64,000 nucleotides of DNA, from the NCBI RefSeq assembly GCF_018977255.1, contig NW_024704742.1, forward strand, positions 114,826,001-114,890,000. Direction: 5' to 3'. Below are positions 63,921 to 64,000 of this stretch, piece after piece. The notes beneath the pieces were generated by a model. The model was given only the letters and a program-made list of their open reading frames with translations. It was not told where the DNA came from and searched no databases. The DNA comes from Callorhinchus milii. Taxonomy: Eukaryota. Made by a program: the position numbers and the translations under genes. The stretch's first letter is position 1; every line of letters starts with the position of its first letter.

Positions 63921-64000
63921 GGAGCCTGTAGCTCAGTGGTTAGAGCACTCACTTTGCAAGCGAGAGACCTGGGTTCGATTCCCAGTTGGGCGAAACCTTG
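63921..64000 (+). mobile_element. tRNA-headed SINE cut by the window edge
   Basis: ggagcctgtagctcagtggttagagcactc..gggttcgattccc..gggcgaaaccttg. Confidence 0.88.

Overview
Vertebrate genomic DNA, most likely from a cartilaginous fish and probably a holocephalan (inferred from the repeat families). The window holds the 3' part of the mismatch-repair gene MSH3 on the minus strand. Three coding exons are firmly supported: 30408-30222, 19518-19392 and 13701-13527. All have AG/GT boundaries and splice in frame. A weaker candidate terminal exon starts at 12914. Everything above 30408 appears to be one intron of more than 33 kb. The rest is dense with decayed retroelements: L2 LINE fragments (longest about 2 kb), CR1 LINE 3' fragments, a tRNA-headed SINE with a CORE-like domain, a Deu-domain (SacSINE1-like) SINE, a Penelope-like remnant with a degenerate hammerhead-ribozyme motif, and an unclassified ~250-bp repeat in six copies. 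Most ORFs in the supplied track are spurious or TE-derived. I found no convincing new biological system. The most notable observations are a covarying 3' stem-loop shared by L2 and the SINEs, the Penelope/hammerhead relic, a perfect 33-bp fold-back inside one SINE tail, and the unclassified repeat. Repeat boundaries were read by eye and are approximate.
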